This document shows, one piece after another, positions 36,479-50,399 of a stretch of 64,000 nt of DNA (the stretch's first letter is position 1; each line of letters begins with the position of its first letter). The stretch is from Nemertoderma westbladi (taxonomy: Eukaryota; Animalia; Xenacoelomorpha). The notes under the pieces are model-generated. The model did no database searches. It saw only the letters and a program-made list of their open reading frames with translations, and was not told where the DNA came from. The translations under genes and the position numbers were made by a program. Where the stretch lies: the NCBI GenBank assembly GCA_032718475.1, contig JAUCBJ010006766.1:110075-174074 (forward strand), written 5' to 3'.

Positions 36479-38105
36479 ATCTGCTATCTGAGTTTTTTTT
36501 AATATCAAATAAGTTTGTATTTAGGCGAGCGGGCGTCGCTGCCTACTTCTCTTTGCCCCCGGACAGTGGGATTCTCAGCGCCGATGTACCGTCGTCGCGG
36601 TGTTTACACCAACATGTAGCAACAGCACGACAACGATAACCGGCACAAGTCACTCCACTGTCCGTCCCAAAGGCTTGGATCCACTTAGGTTCTTTCTATA
36701 GGAGAGTTGGGCTATTTTTACAATTGCGACTAGCTACTGTAAACATACTTTAGCAGTAACATTCACCTATAAACGCACAAATTCCACACAACTGTCAACA
36801 ACTGCACACACACAGGCCATTTGTCCATTAGTCAGTGCCTTCCAGAATGTCACTTTATTACTGTGTATCCTTGGATACTAACAGTGTGCTATGTATTCTC
36901 TATGCTAGGCAATGGGACAAGCTTTCTATTGTTCTTTTAACTTGCTTCTAATTCTAGCGTGGGTGTTGCTATGGTGACATTATGGAATGCTAGCGGTAGA
37001 ATTAGGGTAATTCTCATGCATACAGATCTGGGATGCTATTTAATAATAATTCTTTAATTGTCAATATCCTCTTTATGCATGATTTTGTTAATTTTAACGG
37101 CTATTGACTATATGTTGGAGATTCTCGCACTCTAATACACTCAATAGGATGAATCTCCGCTCCCATGATCTATTAATTAATGGAATTTTGGGAATGTTAT
37201 AAATTGTACAAAATGACAATTTATGAAATTCATTTAAAAATATGAATTTAAATTTATTCCCGTGAATTTTATTATTTGATGTTAAAATTGACACAATTTG
37301 ATTCCAGAGCAGGTCTGGGGACATAGGATCCTTAATTCTATGAAATTTGTCTTTTAAGAGTATCGGGAAGTGCTACGATATCTTAATCGACTAGAATTGT
37401 TAACGGATCTGAATTTTACAGATTTTAATAAATATTAAATTAATATTTAAGATGGGCACCGATTTATTTTAGAACTTGTCTGGGGGCGTTAACCATTGAT
37501 TCTAGAATTTGTCTTTCAAGTATATCGGTGGGTGCCGCGATATCTTAATCGACTAGAATTACAGATGGTCAAAAGGTTTAACAGATTTATTTGCGTTTTA
37601 CGCTACTGTTAGAGGGACATCACGCTACTATATGTATTATTTAATATAAGGTAGAAGAGCAATATCGCACGAAGCAATGTCAGTGTGAAGAGGCAAGTCG
37701 TTTCCAAGGTCTACCCAGAGCTTGGCTTAGCCGAGACACGAGGATCTGAACTTTGCATTCCTAATACTCTGCCTACCGATAATACTTGAATATAGTAGTG
37801 GCTTTATTGTACTTTAATAAGTACGGACATTTCATCTTACTGTAATCACGTATTTATAATATGATACGGACAGTAAGGAAAGAGAAAAAATTATTTCTCG
37901 CCGTCGCACTAAATATATATTATAAGTAATTGCGTACGTAATAAACACTAATATATTGCACTAATCTACTAAATAATCACTAAAATAACATTCTACTAAA
38001 TAAAATTGAATAAAAACGATTATAATAAAGTACATAATAAAGTTCGCATATAAAAATATAATAAAATAGATAAAACAATATAGTCATACACCCACTCCAG
38101 ACGTA

Positions 38106-41100
38106 TTACGTGGGGGAGTCCCTAGATGTTTGAGGAATTAGGGAGGTGGTCGTGGGAAGAGTGTCTTGCCTTCCATAGTTCCCGGAGAGTTCTCTGTCTC
38201 TTTCCAGTAAACATAAACGACCAACTGGGCGATTGAGTTGTTGCGTCTCAAAGATGATGCCTGGCTTCTTGAAGTTACGCCGCATGACGATGAGTTCTAC
38301 CGAGCGTACTAAACCATCATCTGAAATGTGTGTCTCGATGATACGACCTGTCTGCCACCGTTTACGTGGGAGGTCTGGATCTACAATAAGCACCATATCT
38401 CTGGCGCTGACGTTTTCTTGCTGCGCAAACCACTTAGTTCGAAGTTGTAGCGTGGGCAGATAATGTTTCTCGAAATGGTCAGCGAAACGACGGGATAGCA
38501 ACTGCATAAGTTGCCAAGTTCGACGGCAGTATTCGTCTCCGTCGGCAATCTCTGATCGTGGGAGCATGGCTACAGGTTTCTTCAGTAGGAAGTGCGCGGG
38601 TGTTAGCGCTTCCAGGGAATCGGGACTCGATGAGACTGGCATAAGCGGTCTCTCGTTGAGATAGGCAGCGATTTCCTCCATTAACGTCCGCAAAAGTTCG
38701 TCGGTGAGATACGCGCGGCATGGCACTATAAAGTGAAATGCGGTTTTGACACTTCGAATTAATCTCTCCCAACTTCCTCCCCACCAAGGGGTGTCGGCAG
38801 CGTTGAAGGTCCAGCTAGACGCTGTTATCCTTAGCTGGTCGTCCACCTGTCATTGGTTCCAGTCCTTCACGTAAGCCTGTATCTCGTTGTTGGCACCTAT
38901 GAAGTTCGTTCCTTTATCCGATCTCATAGTATTACTCGTCCCGAAGCGAGCGATCTGTCGTCGTAAACTTAAGACGAAGCTGTTAGTAGATAGATCGTTC
39001 ACCATATCGAGATGGATGGCTCTACAAGTCATGCACACGAAGATGACACACCATCTCTTGACTATAGTCCTCGCACGATATACTTCAATAGGGCCAAATA
39101 AATCTACACCAGTATTAGTAAAAGGTGGTTCATAGAAGCTTACTCGTTCCCTAGGTAATTCTGCCTCTCGCTGTGATGCTTTCCTACAGGGTATGCAGTT
39201 CCTAAGAACTTGGTTCAGAGCTCTACGGGGTTTATCAAAATAATAGCGAGTTCGAATTTCGCTAAGAATTCGTTCTCTACCAGCATGATAAAGTTTACCG
39301 TGAACGTCTACAATCATCTTGATTTGTACTTCAAGATTTCTAATAAGTATTGGGAATTTGGTGTCAAAGGATAAGGGCGCGTTGGTGAGTCTTCCTCCAA
39401 CACGTATTAACCCATCTATCATTGTGCTCGAGAATCGATCCCTTAAGCGCATCTGCGGATTTCTCAACAACAGGAAGTACTTTTCGGAATCCTCATAGCA
39501 TTGCAGGAGTCTCAGTATCTGCTTATTTGTTTCTTCATGCTCCTGGTGACTAATTTTCTCTTTTAGAAAACGATCAGATATCTTATATTTGGGTAAATTC
39601 TTAATAACATGAACTTGTGCAGATGTCAATGGAGCGTGATCGCTAGTGGTCTTCGTCCTGGAGTAGTGATGATGAAAACATCGTCTTAAATATGTGACGG
39701 CTTTACAGAGCCGATTCCAGGAACTGTAATGATGCATTGCTCTCTGCAGCATGGGTGAGATTCCTTGCGAGACGTCTGGTATTCCAGATTTCCAATCTTT
39801 ATCTCTAATTTCCACAACACAATTTCTACACAACTCTAATTTCCGCTACTATACCTATTCCCATGTCGCTGGCGTCTCCAAACACATGGAGTTGATAGGA
39901 ATACGTAGGAAGAACATGGCCAAAATATGCACGGGAAATTATAAAGTTCTCGATGGCAGGTAGAGAATCCTCCCATTTCATCCATTTCTTTAACAATTCC
40001 CCTTTAAGCGGATCGTCCCATGAGTGGTTTTCAAGCCACATCTGTTGTACTAAACTCCGAGCAATCAATATAACTGGGCTAATAAATCCCAATGGGTCGA
40101 AATAAGTGCTCAGGATGCTTAAACAAATCCGTTTGGTCCGAACTGGATTATCTCGCTGTTTTAACTGAAAAAACAGGATGTCTCTTTCAGTGTCCCACTT
40201 CAAGCCTAGCGTCTTGGTTTCAGGAAGATCGTCCTTTATTAAGTCTAGGTCTTTCGTTCCTCGGTCTTCTACCGGTATGGCTTCCAGAAACTCACGGGAG
40301 TTGCTAGTGAATTTCGTCAGTCGAAATCCACCTCTTTTCAAACACTCTACCGTTCCTTTCGCGACAGCTATGGCTTCTTCTACTGAGGGAAGGGACCTTA
40401 AATTGTCGTCCATGTATATATTGCGTTTTATGTTGTCTATCACTTCTTTGGAGAAGGAGTCTCGGTTGTCATTCGCAGTGGTTCGCACCACGGAGCAGGC
40501 GTTGGAAGGGCTTGATATGATCCCAAAAGCCTGGATGGTCATCCAGTACTCTACCGGTTTCTGGTTGAGGTCTCCTTCAGGCCACCACAGAAATCTCAGG
40601 CTGTCTCTATCTCTATCCAGCGCCTTGACTTGTAAGAACATTCCTTCTATATCAGAGGCGAACGCGATGGAATATTGTCTTAATCTTAATAGTATTCCCA
40701 ACAAAGATTGGAGTAAGTTGGGTCCTGGTAACAACTCGGAATTGAGGGATTGGCCCATATATAAAGCAGAGCCATCAAATACGACTCGTACTTCTTGAGG
40801 TTTACCGGGTTTGGGAACGTAATGATGTGTTAAATAATACGTTCTCTCAGTCACTGGTGTTCCTTCCGGTACTCGCTCCGCGTATCCCTTTGTTATAAAT
40901 TTCTTCAGCTGAGTTTGGTACATTTCTTTCGCTGAAGCATTAGCTGTAAGGCGTCGATATAATTGAGCGATTCTTTTCTCTGCCAAGGGTCTGTTATTTA
41001 TAAATCTAGGTTCTCGTTTTCGAAATGGTAGGCCGATTTCATACCTACCTTGGTCCTTTAAAAAACGTGTAGTTGTTTCCTGGATTTGCTTGGCTCTTTC

Positions 41101-44100
41101 TTCTTCTATCGATAGAGCCTTATCATATGAATTGGGCTCTACCAGTTCCTGAGTAAAGAATCGTACGGCTAGTTCGTCCCGAGTTCTAGCGTTGTAGCGC
41201 TCTATCTCATCGTTTAGTTCGTCATTGTAAGCGATGGGTTCCGATGGGTGAATCAGTTGACATAGGTTCACCTGACTTTTCCAAGTTTGGTTTTCTGTAA
41301 GTAGGTCGATTGTGTTCTCTTCATCGAAGAGTTGGTAGATGTCGTCATTATCTGAGGAGTATGGTGTTCCCTCAGTTAGTTCGTCCACCTCACTGCTCTC
41401 CACTTCCCAATCATGTACTTGGTATGTTTGTTCTTGGGGCATTCTCTCTTCGAGAGTCCTGCGGGAAGGGCCAGTAAAGTACCAACCTACTCTAGTTCTT
41501 ACCGCATAGGTTTGCAGTGGCTGCGGTTGAGCAGGCCGTTTCTCTAATGTTTCGAGCGCCTCGTGCGCGTTTTGGCCGATGAGGATTTGCACTCCAGGAT
41601 AATCTGTCTGGAATCGAGGTATCTTAAGATGTTGGATGCTCTCATCTTCGTCCCAATTATAAAGGTCTGCTTGAGTAGTAGCGAAGTTCTTTATAGCCAC
41701 CATTTTTACCGACCTTATACCTTGTGTTCCTAACTTATCCTGGGGGTGGACAACACACCTACATAGTAATCTGCCGTTAGGGTAGATTTCCAAACCTGCA
41801 TAATTCCTGACATATTCAATTTAGTCCGGAACTTGGGTTGTCCAGCAAAGATATCTTCGGCTAGTTCTTGATCGATGAATGTTCCTGTGCTGCCGGAGTC
41901 AAGGAGGGCGTTCACTATGTAACTTTTGTTAAGACCGTGAACTCTTACCTGCACTACAGGAAATTCTCTGATTCCTACGTTGGAAGTTGGAGCTTTCCAA
42001 GATGGTTGTTTGGCAAAAGTAGTTGGGGGAAACTCATTGTTGGTGTCCTTTTCATAAGTAAGTGCTCGATACACTGCGGTATTGATTAGATAACAGGATT
42101 CGTTGGCGTCGGAGAATTCGTCAGTATAGAATCCTTCCATCTCAGACTCCTGATCAGTGTCGTTTACATCACTGAATTGGACATGTAGTTCGGGCTCACT
42201 TACCTGACTCTGTTTGTCTCGTTCGAACTCACTGTGTAACAAGATGTGATGTTTCGCGCCACACTTTGCACACTTTATGTCGGAGTAACAGGTTCGCCGT
42301 TGGTGTCCTGGTCTGAGGCAATTATAGCATAACCGCTTGTCCCACACAACTGCACGTCTGTCTACAAGGGATTTCTTTAGAAATTCAGCACACGCACTCA
42401 AACGGTGGGTCCCGTCGCACAGCGCACAGTTAGGTTTTATGTTACTCACTTTACCTTGGGTAACTTGATGCACTCTCGTTTTTTCTTCGGGTTTTCTTCG
42501 GTGCATTCTGTTAGGAGACTGAGGGGGGTTCTTGGTAATCTGTTCTCTCCTATCGTTGTTTCGAGCCTTATATTTACTTACATCTTTTGGGGTTTTGTCA
42601 ACGTAGTAAGATCGGTCAGTGTCTTTCCCGCTGTCCTCTTCTTGAGAAACTTGGCTTTCGCCGTCGTCAGTGTAACACACCGGTGTTATTCTTCTCCTAG
42701 AAGCGGGTTTCTCACTTACCTTATTTTCCGATGTTTTCTCTCTGGACTGCTTGATGAGTTGTAGTTTTACCTCACCATCTAAGAAGGACATGAGATCAGC
42801 CATGGTAGGACTTCGTTGTTGTTGTTCATTCATGTACAACACTTTCTTGTCCCAGCGTGTACATACTCCACCTTTTGGTAAAGAAGAGACTACGGCTCCA
42901 ATAACCATTGAACTCTGATATTCATGAGACTTACCTAACCAGTCCAATTGTCTACAGATCTCCTGAATTTCATCGGAAAACTCTATAATCCCGCTACTAA
43001 GGAAGTGTCGGGGGGCTACTAATTTTGCATACAAATACTTAGCTATGTTATCCTTGTTACCATACCTGATGTTTAATGTATCCCATACTTGTCTTAATCC
43101 TTCTGGATGTCCAATAAACTTTAACGCCATTAATCTGGGAGGTCCTTCCAAGCACTTGATGAGGAACCTAAGTTTCTCTCCGTTAGATAGTACAGAGTTT
43201 TGTATACTATCTTTGTAATATTCGTTGAAAGGTAACCATTTCATCTCATCTCCATTGAATTTGACGATCTCTCCCACTTTGACCGCTTGGCGGGCTTCTG
43301 TTCTAGCCATCTGACGCGTAAAGCTTTCTTGGGCCATCGTGTTATTTAATATCGAATTATCGGTATATAAATTTCTCGGATCATTGTCAGGTCTATAAGG
43401 GATATCATTAATAACAGGTCTATAATCACCCTTAATAGGGTTTGTTATAGGAGTTTCTACTTCACTAGCAGTATAGATGCGTGTAGGCTCCACACCTTGC
43501 GCATGTAATACTTCAGACCTAACAGGTTGACACAATGTTACAGGGGGTATTGGTATCCCCTTTTGGATATTGACTAATTTGTCGCGTTCTAGCATGATAC
43601 TTTGCTGCACTTCTTGCAATTCGGCCCTACCTTCCCTTACTGTTCCCTTAAGTTGGTGGACAGTCTCCTGCATCTGTCCGAGCAGGAGATTCATCCCCCG
43701 CCGTCCCTCCTCTACCCACTCGACCGCCGAAGCGGGAGTCGCCAACATTGTAGCGGGCTGACGTGGGACGACGGGAGACAAATCTTTGATTTCTCTCTCA
43801 GCTTCCAGGACAGGAATATTCTCATGGACTGTTCTACCGGGTACAGGCAGTGTAGTACTGTGTAAAGGGAACTTAGAGTTAAGCTCTGGAAGTACAGGGG
43901 TCTCTAGCACAGATGTGACTTTGGGAACGACAGGCCTAATTATTTCAGGCTCATCAACTATAGTAGGGAGTTTTTTGACCTTAATAATTTGGTCTGTAGG
44001 TTCTATTCTACTTAAGTCGGTGCTAGCTAGTTGTCTCTTAACAGCTGGGGGCAAATCAGGCAATTTGTGACGGTAAGATGTTTTTCTACGCCGGCTTAGA

Positions 44101-45571
44101 CGAGATCTATTTCCTCCGCCTTCAGGATCGGTGGTTTCACTTTCCTCCGATGACGTATATCCCATCCGTTTGGGAGTAGATTTTCTCATCATCTGCATGT
44201 GACTAGCAGTTAACTGTTTATTTATGTTGTCTTGCGTCTCTTGCAGATTTTCCAACTCCAGTTGGGTAGTCTCTTCAGACGCTCTCTGTTCTGCGTCTGC
44301 CAATGCTATTGCTGCTGCTGCTTTGGCTGCTTCTACTGTCGCTGCTGCCTTTGCCGCTTCCACTGCCGCTGCCGCTTTCGCCGCTGCTACTGCCTTTTTG
44401 TCCTCTATCCGCTTCTTCTTTACTTGTTCTTCTTGGACTCTAGCGAGGCGGAGTTTTTCATCAAATTCAGCTTGGTTAGCAGCTAACATTTCAGCATCGA
44501 TTGAATCTAACACACGCTGGGTTCCTTCACTATTGGGGGAAAGTCCAGACAGCCGTCTCCTCAACTCTTCGTCTCCTAGGAATCGCTGATAGTCGGACAG
44601 ATAAATGTGGATGGCGTCTCTCGTTCGTGGTTTCTCTGAGGTCTCTTCGCCTTCCACTTGAGAAAGGGTGACATCGGTTGGTTCTTCATAAGTTAGTCTC
44701 TCAGACAGCTGGGATTTCCACTGGTCTGTTTCTTGTACTTGGAGACCTACCCGCTGGAACCACGTTTTGACAGCAACCTGCAGCGATGTGTCCTGTCTTC
44801 TTTTGGAAGTTTCCTCAAAAGCTGATAGGATTAGTCGAATGCGTAGGGTTCTTTCGCGTACTTGATATAGCAGTTCTTCCTGCTCTTGAGGTCCTTGGGG
44901 TTGTCGAAACAGTTGTTCTTCTAATCTCTCTAAGGAGCCAAAGAATCCCTGCACATATCCTGCTGCCAACTCTTCCAAACAGCTGGATCCATCGTATCTT
45001 TAGCCACTCCCATCCTGTGTATATCTTCCCAAGTAGCCTCTGACAGATCTAACGGGAGTCCGGGTCCGGGAAAGTTCCATTGTGACTCGACAATCGACAT
45101 CAATTCTTCCCTGGCGTATCCCGCATAATTATCTTGGGTCGCTCGCTTATTTCTCGCCCAATCTGCTTGATGTTCCTCCACCGCAATCGATATAGTTGTT
45201 AGCACTGCGGCAGGAAGGGTGAGAAGGGGGTCCGAGTAGGCTTCAGCCGTCATCTGCAATCCGCGTTCGGGGGTCAGTTCGACAGTATCCGAACTACTGG
45301 AGCTATCGGATCGCTGGGAACAAATTTCTTGACTAGGCTGTTGCTGCTGTGGGACAGCTGCTTCCTGGTTCCGTTTGACTTGGGCCCGAGTGCCGATGAT
45401 GGACCTACGGTGTTGGATTAGCTTAGGGTCCGATATCACTACTGGAGTAATGACTTTTCTTTCAGTAGGAGGTGAGCTGAACTCCTTTCTTAAACGCTCC
45501 ACACTCCTATCTGTGTCACAGATGGTTGTATCGATTAGACTGTCTGACAGGTTTTGCTGAGTGTCAGACAT
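38106..45571 (-). pseudogene. BEL/Pao gag-pol of copy 2 (disrupted)
   Basis: Triple BEL zinc knuckle (CALC..H..C, CYNC..H..C, CAKC..HH..LH), protease ALLDSGS, RT YMDD, integrase. Frameshifts near 44970 and 41790, ~0.58 kb RNase H deletion near 39845, stop at 38850. Confidence 0.93.
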
Positions 45572-47793
45572 GTTTAGCTATACAGTTGAATGCCTACTGC
45601 TATAGTTACAGTTAAAGCAAGTCTAGTAATTCAGTACGACCGTTGGCCTAGTACCGGTAATTTATTGCAGTATATTAGAATACCGGTATGCACTTATAAT
45701 ATATATATAAGTATTGTAAACTAGGTTTGTCACAGAGTACCGGTATATAAATTTAGCACAAATATATATAAATATATAATAGGCCTATCGTGAATACCGG
45801 TATACAGCTTACACTTATAGTATATATAAGTATAATTATGAACTAGAATTATGACAGAATACCGGTATGATTTCAGCTCGAATTTATAGAATAAATATAA
45901 TAAGCCTATGGCAAATACCGGTATGTCAATTATTTTATAATAATTGAATTTCTGAATATTTAGGGTTACTTGGTTACTTTAACTTACTTTGTTACCGTTA
46001 TTTAAGCAGTAGTCCAACTGATTTTGAGACCTAGTTGTTGTATGGCAGGCCTACTATTTATAAATCGTTTGAATTGATTTATAATAGATATATACCCGTT
46101 TAAAATGGGTTTTGTCAATATTTGAAATAAATGTTATTATTTCTGGGGGTCACTACACAGAAGCTGTGCGCTCTCAGTGAAGTGCTATTTATTGGACACT
46201 AAAACAGATAATTCTAATTTACCTAAGTTACTTAATACTACAAATTACTTACGATACGGGTGAAATTAAATCTCTAATTAAACACAACAAAAATATTACG
46301 TGCGAAATTTTTTAGGGTCATTTTACAGGAAGTCTACAAACCAGCCTAACAAAGGGTTAGAATTCGGTTTATTACAACGGACAGGGTACTACGGTATTTG
46401 AAATAATAAGTAGTAGTAAATATATTGCACTGTCCAGATAGGAAAATACCACCGCCTGACGACCTATAACCGTATCGCTATAGGTACTACGTTATGTATC
46501 ACGGAGTGTTCCTACCTAGAAGTTAATTACCGCGGACTACCAGATCCAGCGTGCCTATTAACCACTTTACAACACAAATATACTGCCTACACACTAATTA
46601 CTTCGGAAAGCACTGTACACTAAACCCTAAATTAGGTACAAGTACTGGTACAACAAATAATCAGTAGTTAAATATACTTGAACAGTTAAAAGAACCACGG
46701 CATCTGCTGGAGTGACCAGAGTACAAAGTCACCAGTCTTGTCCTACTCCAAGCAGCCCGTGTAGTACCGGGGTTAATTTAACTATAACGGTATGTGTAAC
46801 AAACACAATTACTGTAGGAATAAACTTGGGGACATGAATGTTGCGAATAATCGCATAAACTCTGAATAATAAATATTACGCTACCCGTACAGAATACTCA
46901 AACTAATACAAACCAAAACGCTGGCAGACTACCACCAAGCCTAAATAAACTACTGTATGTGCAGATTCCAAAACGGTTAGTTAGTATGCGTTCTAACACG
47001 GTAGTACGACTTATTCTTTAAGAGGGGATTGACCTTACAGTTATGACTGCCCCAACTTACTAACTGGCACTTTATCAGACAAACTCTACACAAGCAGCAA
47101 TCTCTTCAGACCTAATAATAGCTAGACAACAATCCAGCCTACAAAATATCTGAGTAATAACTATTACGGTACCTGAACAGACCACACAAACAAACACAGG
47201 CCAAAACGCTGGCAGAATACTGTCAAGCCTAAATAAACTACAGTATGTGCAGATTCCAAAATTGTTAGTTAGTATGCGTTCTAACACGGTAGTACGACTT
47301 ATTCTTTAAGAGGGGATTGACCTTACAGCGATGGCTGCCCCAACTTACTAACTGGCACTCTATCGGACAAACTCCACACACGCCGTAATCTCTCCAAACC
47401 CAACAACAATCCGACAACAGTCCGGCCTACAATTATCTGAACAATCTGAGCAGACTTACACGTCTTCAGCTCAATATTAACTTACTAGGAAATAAAACTG
47501 ACAGAAATAGACCTAAGTAAAATCCCAATAAAAACCAGGCGTCCCCGATTTAATATCGAGACCTACCGGTATACAATAATCAAAATCGAATAATACTAAT
47601 GTACTTATACTGGAAGTACCGGTTAGGACAGTTGGGCCTACAGGCCTACAGAAGTACCGGTTCTGGCAGTTGGACCTACGGACCTACAGCAGTACCGGTT
47701 CTGGCAGTTGGGCCTACTGACCTACAGAAGTACCGGTTCAGGTTTACCGGTTGACCGGTACTTTCAACTTTATTGCTTACTGCAATAAAGTCA

Positions 47794-47804
47794 ATGACTG
47801 TTAT
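47794..47804 (-). other. Non-tRNA primer-binding site of copy 2 (ataacagtcat)
   Basis: Abuts the LTR; complementary to atgactgttat at 48574-48564 in the same LTR. Confidence 0.7.
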
Positions 47805-49075
47805 TGTACGCGCTTTTGAAGACCTTTAGCAGTTTAACCTGCCAAAATTTATATGTCTTTTGGTTTATAGATATACTTTAGAAGATGACAAATATTTAAT
47901 ACCAATAAACACAACATTAGCAGAAGCCAGCCTAGTGCGCGTCCATTCACCCGCTGGATAATCCCGGGAGACTGGATTCTGAGGGCTTAAATTATTATTG
48001 CAGTGAAGCTTACGGTATTGTATTATTCGATTGATCGTTAATAATTAATTTCTGACTAATATTATTCACTTTCGGGAAATATTAACAGTTCCTTTAGGAC
48101 GTGGCGCTCTATCTAAGTAAACAGAGATATGACTTATACTAATCACAACGGTAAGTCGGTAAGGCTTAAGATTCACGTATGAGGCGCATTCTTTAGGAAA
48201 TGCTTAGTTATCAGTCACAATCATGCACACTACCGGTAACACACAATACTGCTCACTAATTTGCCGACCGTCAATGAATTTTATCATATATAAAGGGAAT
48301 AGCAACGGACCAATGTAGTGCTTATCAAATAACATTAAATTCATTACAAACCACAACAATATAAGTCGCAATCGCTATATATAACCCGTCTCTCTAACCT
48401 GTAGTGTATCAAGAAAATTGGGAAATTTGAGTTCTTTATATATGTTCTCCAAATGATATTCAACCAAAACACGACAGTAAACAGCATTAAGACGGTAAGT
48501 TCAGATATGATATGAACTGATATGGACCGATATGTGATATGAGTTGTTAAGAACTGTGAATTGATAACAGTCATACGCTCTATAATTTTAGCCTACTAAT
48601 GTTTCTTCTAAAAGTATGAAACGAATTGATTCTAGAGCCGTTGTTCCTGGCCTAGACAGCAATAACAACAAAGTATCCAGAAAAAAACAGTAAGACTGAA
48701 CACTCTCCTTATGATCGACCGAAAAGCTACACGTCGACAGGAAAAATCGCTCTGATTGGTTCAAGCCAAACAAAGAACCATGCGTCCAATGGCTGTTTCC
48801 ATGTCAGCAACCAGCTGTTAGATGTCGTAATATGAATCATCACGGCTAAGCTATGAAAGGTATTTGTCGCATTGCAGGTTTTTTGTCTTACCATGTCCGC
48901 TAAAACACGTATATAGCAGAATGACTTTTATGTCCGTTAAAACACCTGTAACGGTACCTTGAGGGCGAGGGGAATATATATACAGTTAGAGAACCTTTTT
49001 AGAGTATTCCAGCGCCTGGGGGGAAACTGGATTGCGAAGCAAAGGGGCCAGTTATATCCCACAGAAGCTTTTACA
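47805..49075 (-). repeat. 5' LTR of copy 2
   Basis: TG...CA ends; similar but not identical to 30864-32147. Confidence 0.92.
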
Positions 49076-49929
49076 GGTACTTTAGTATATGTTCCAGGTT
49101 ATTGGTGAAGTTGAGACTGTCAGATTAAGCAGTGGTAACAGTAGTACCGGTACTTTAGTATATGTCCCAGGTTATTGGTAAAGTTGAGACTGTCAGATTA
49201 AACAGTTCTAACTGTAGTACCGGTACTTTAGTATATGTTCCAGGTTATTGGTAAAGTTGAGACTGCCAGATTAAACAGTGGTAACTGTAGTACCGGTACT
49301 TTAGTATATGTTCCAGGTTATTGGTGAAGTTGAGACTGTCAAATTAAACAGTGGTAACTGTAGTACCGGTACTTTAGTATATGTTCCAGGTTATTGGTGA
49401 AGTTGAGACTGTCAGATTAAACAGTGGTAACTGTAGTACCGGTACTTTTAGTATATGTCCCAGGTTATTGGTGAAGTTGAGACTGTCAGATTAAACAGTG
49501 GTAAATGTAGTACCGGTACTTTAGTACAGTATATGTCCCAGGTTATTGGTAAAGTTGAGACTGTCAGATTAAACAGTTCTAACTGTAGTACCGGTACTTT
49601 AGTATATGTCCCAGGTTATTGGTAAAGTTGAGACTGTCAGATTAAACAGTGGTAACTGTACTGTAGTACCGGTACTTTAGTATATGTCCCAGGTTATTGG
49701 TAAAGTTGAGACTGTCAGATTAAACAGTTCTAACTGTAGTACCGGTACTTTAGTATATGTTCCAGGTTATTGGTAAAGTTGAGACTGTCAGATTAAACAG
49801 TGGTAACTGTACTGTAGTACCGGTACTTTAGTATATGTCCCAGGTTATTGGTAAAGTTGAGACTGTCAGATTAAACAGTTCTAACTGTAGTACCGGTACT
49901 TTAGTATATGTTCCAGGTTATTGGTGAAG
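49076..49929 (+). repeat. 73-bp tandem repeat (11 full units plus a partial one) containing a splice acceptor and GYW-stop
   Basis: Units start at 49076, 49149, 49222, 49295, 49368, 49441, 49515, 49593, 49671, 49744, 49822 and 49895. Confidence 0.92.
49917..49927 (+). CDS. Putative terminal coding exon of the host gene (G-Y-W-stop)
   Basis: ttccag acceptor; joins phase 1 to exon 2502-2774 (ELRD-GYW*); AATAAA at 50012-50017. Confidence 0.55.
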
Positions 49930-50399
49930 ACGCGACAGTCAGATTTGGAATCTGCAACTATGAACACGATTCTAATGATCTAGATTATAGGGCCCTACTG
50001 CAAAGACAAAGAATAAATATTGTAAAATATACATTTTTTGACGGGATGTAACAGCTAAATAATTTGAAAATTATAAGTTATTAAGTAATTTAAACAGGAC
50101 TTACGACGATCCGACTCTATAGCAAATGGAGCGGAAAAAAAATTGGGAAAAATGAAATTTGAAAATTATTTTTTATAAAATAATTGTTGTGCATAAATGC
50201 CGGTCATGCCAGCATTAAGATTAGTGTTGAACTACTGTATCTTCATACCAAATTCCGTAGCATTTAAAATATTAGAGGAAGTAAATTAGATTATAGAAAG
50301 TATGGAAGTAAATTACGGCTGAAGACAAATTGGAATCGATTAGAATTACTCACAAAGTCTGACGATTTTTTTCCAGGGCGGTCCCCCCAGAACTATACT

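Larger units (their letters stand above)
30864..49075 (-). mobile_element. BEL/Pao LTR retrotransposon, copy 2 (18.2 kb, both LTRs present, probably chimeric)
   Basis: LTRs at 30864-32147 and 47805-49075; gag-pol and extra ORF; flanks gcgga and ggtac do not form a TSD. Confidence 0.93.

Noticed and set aside
49076-49929. CRISPR-like regular array
   Set aside because: Whole units repeat with no unique spacers; eukaryotic context; no cas genes.
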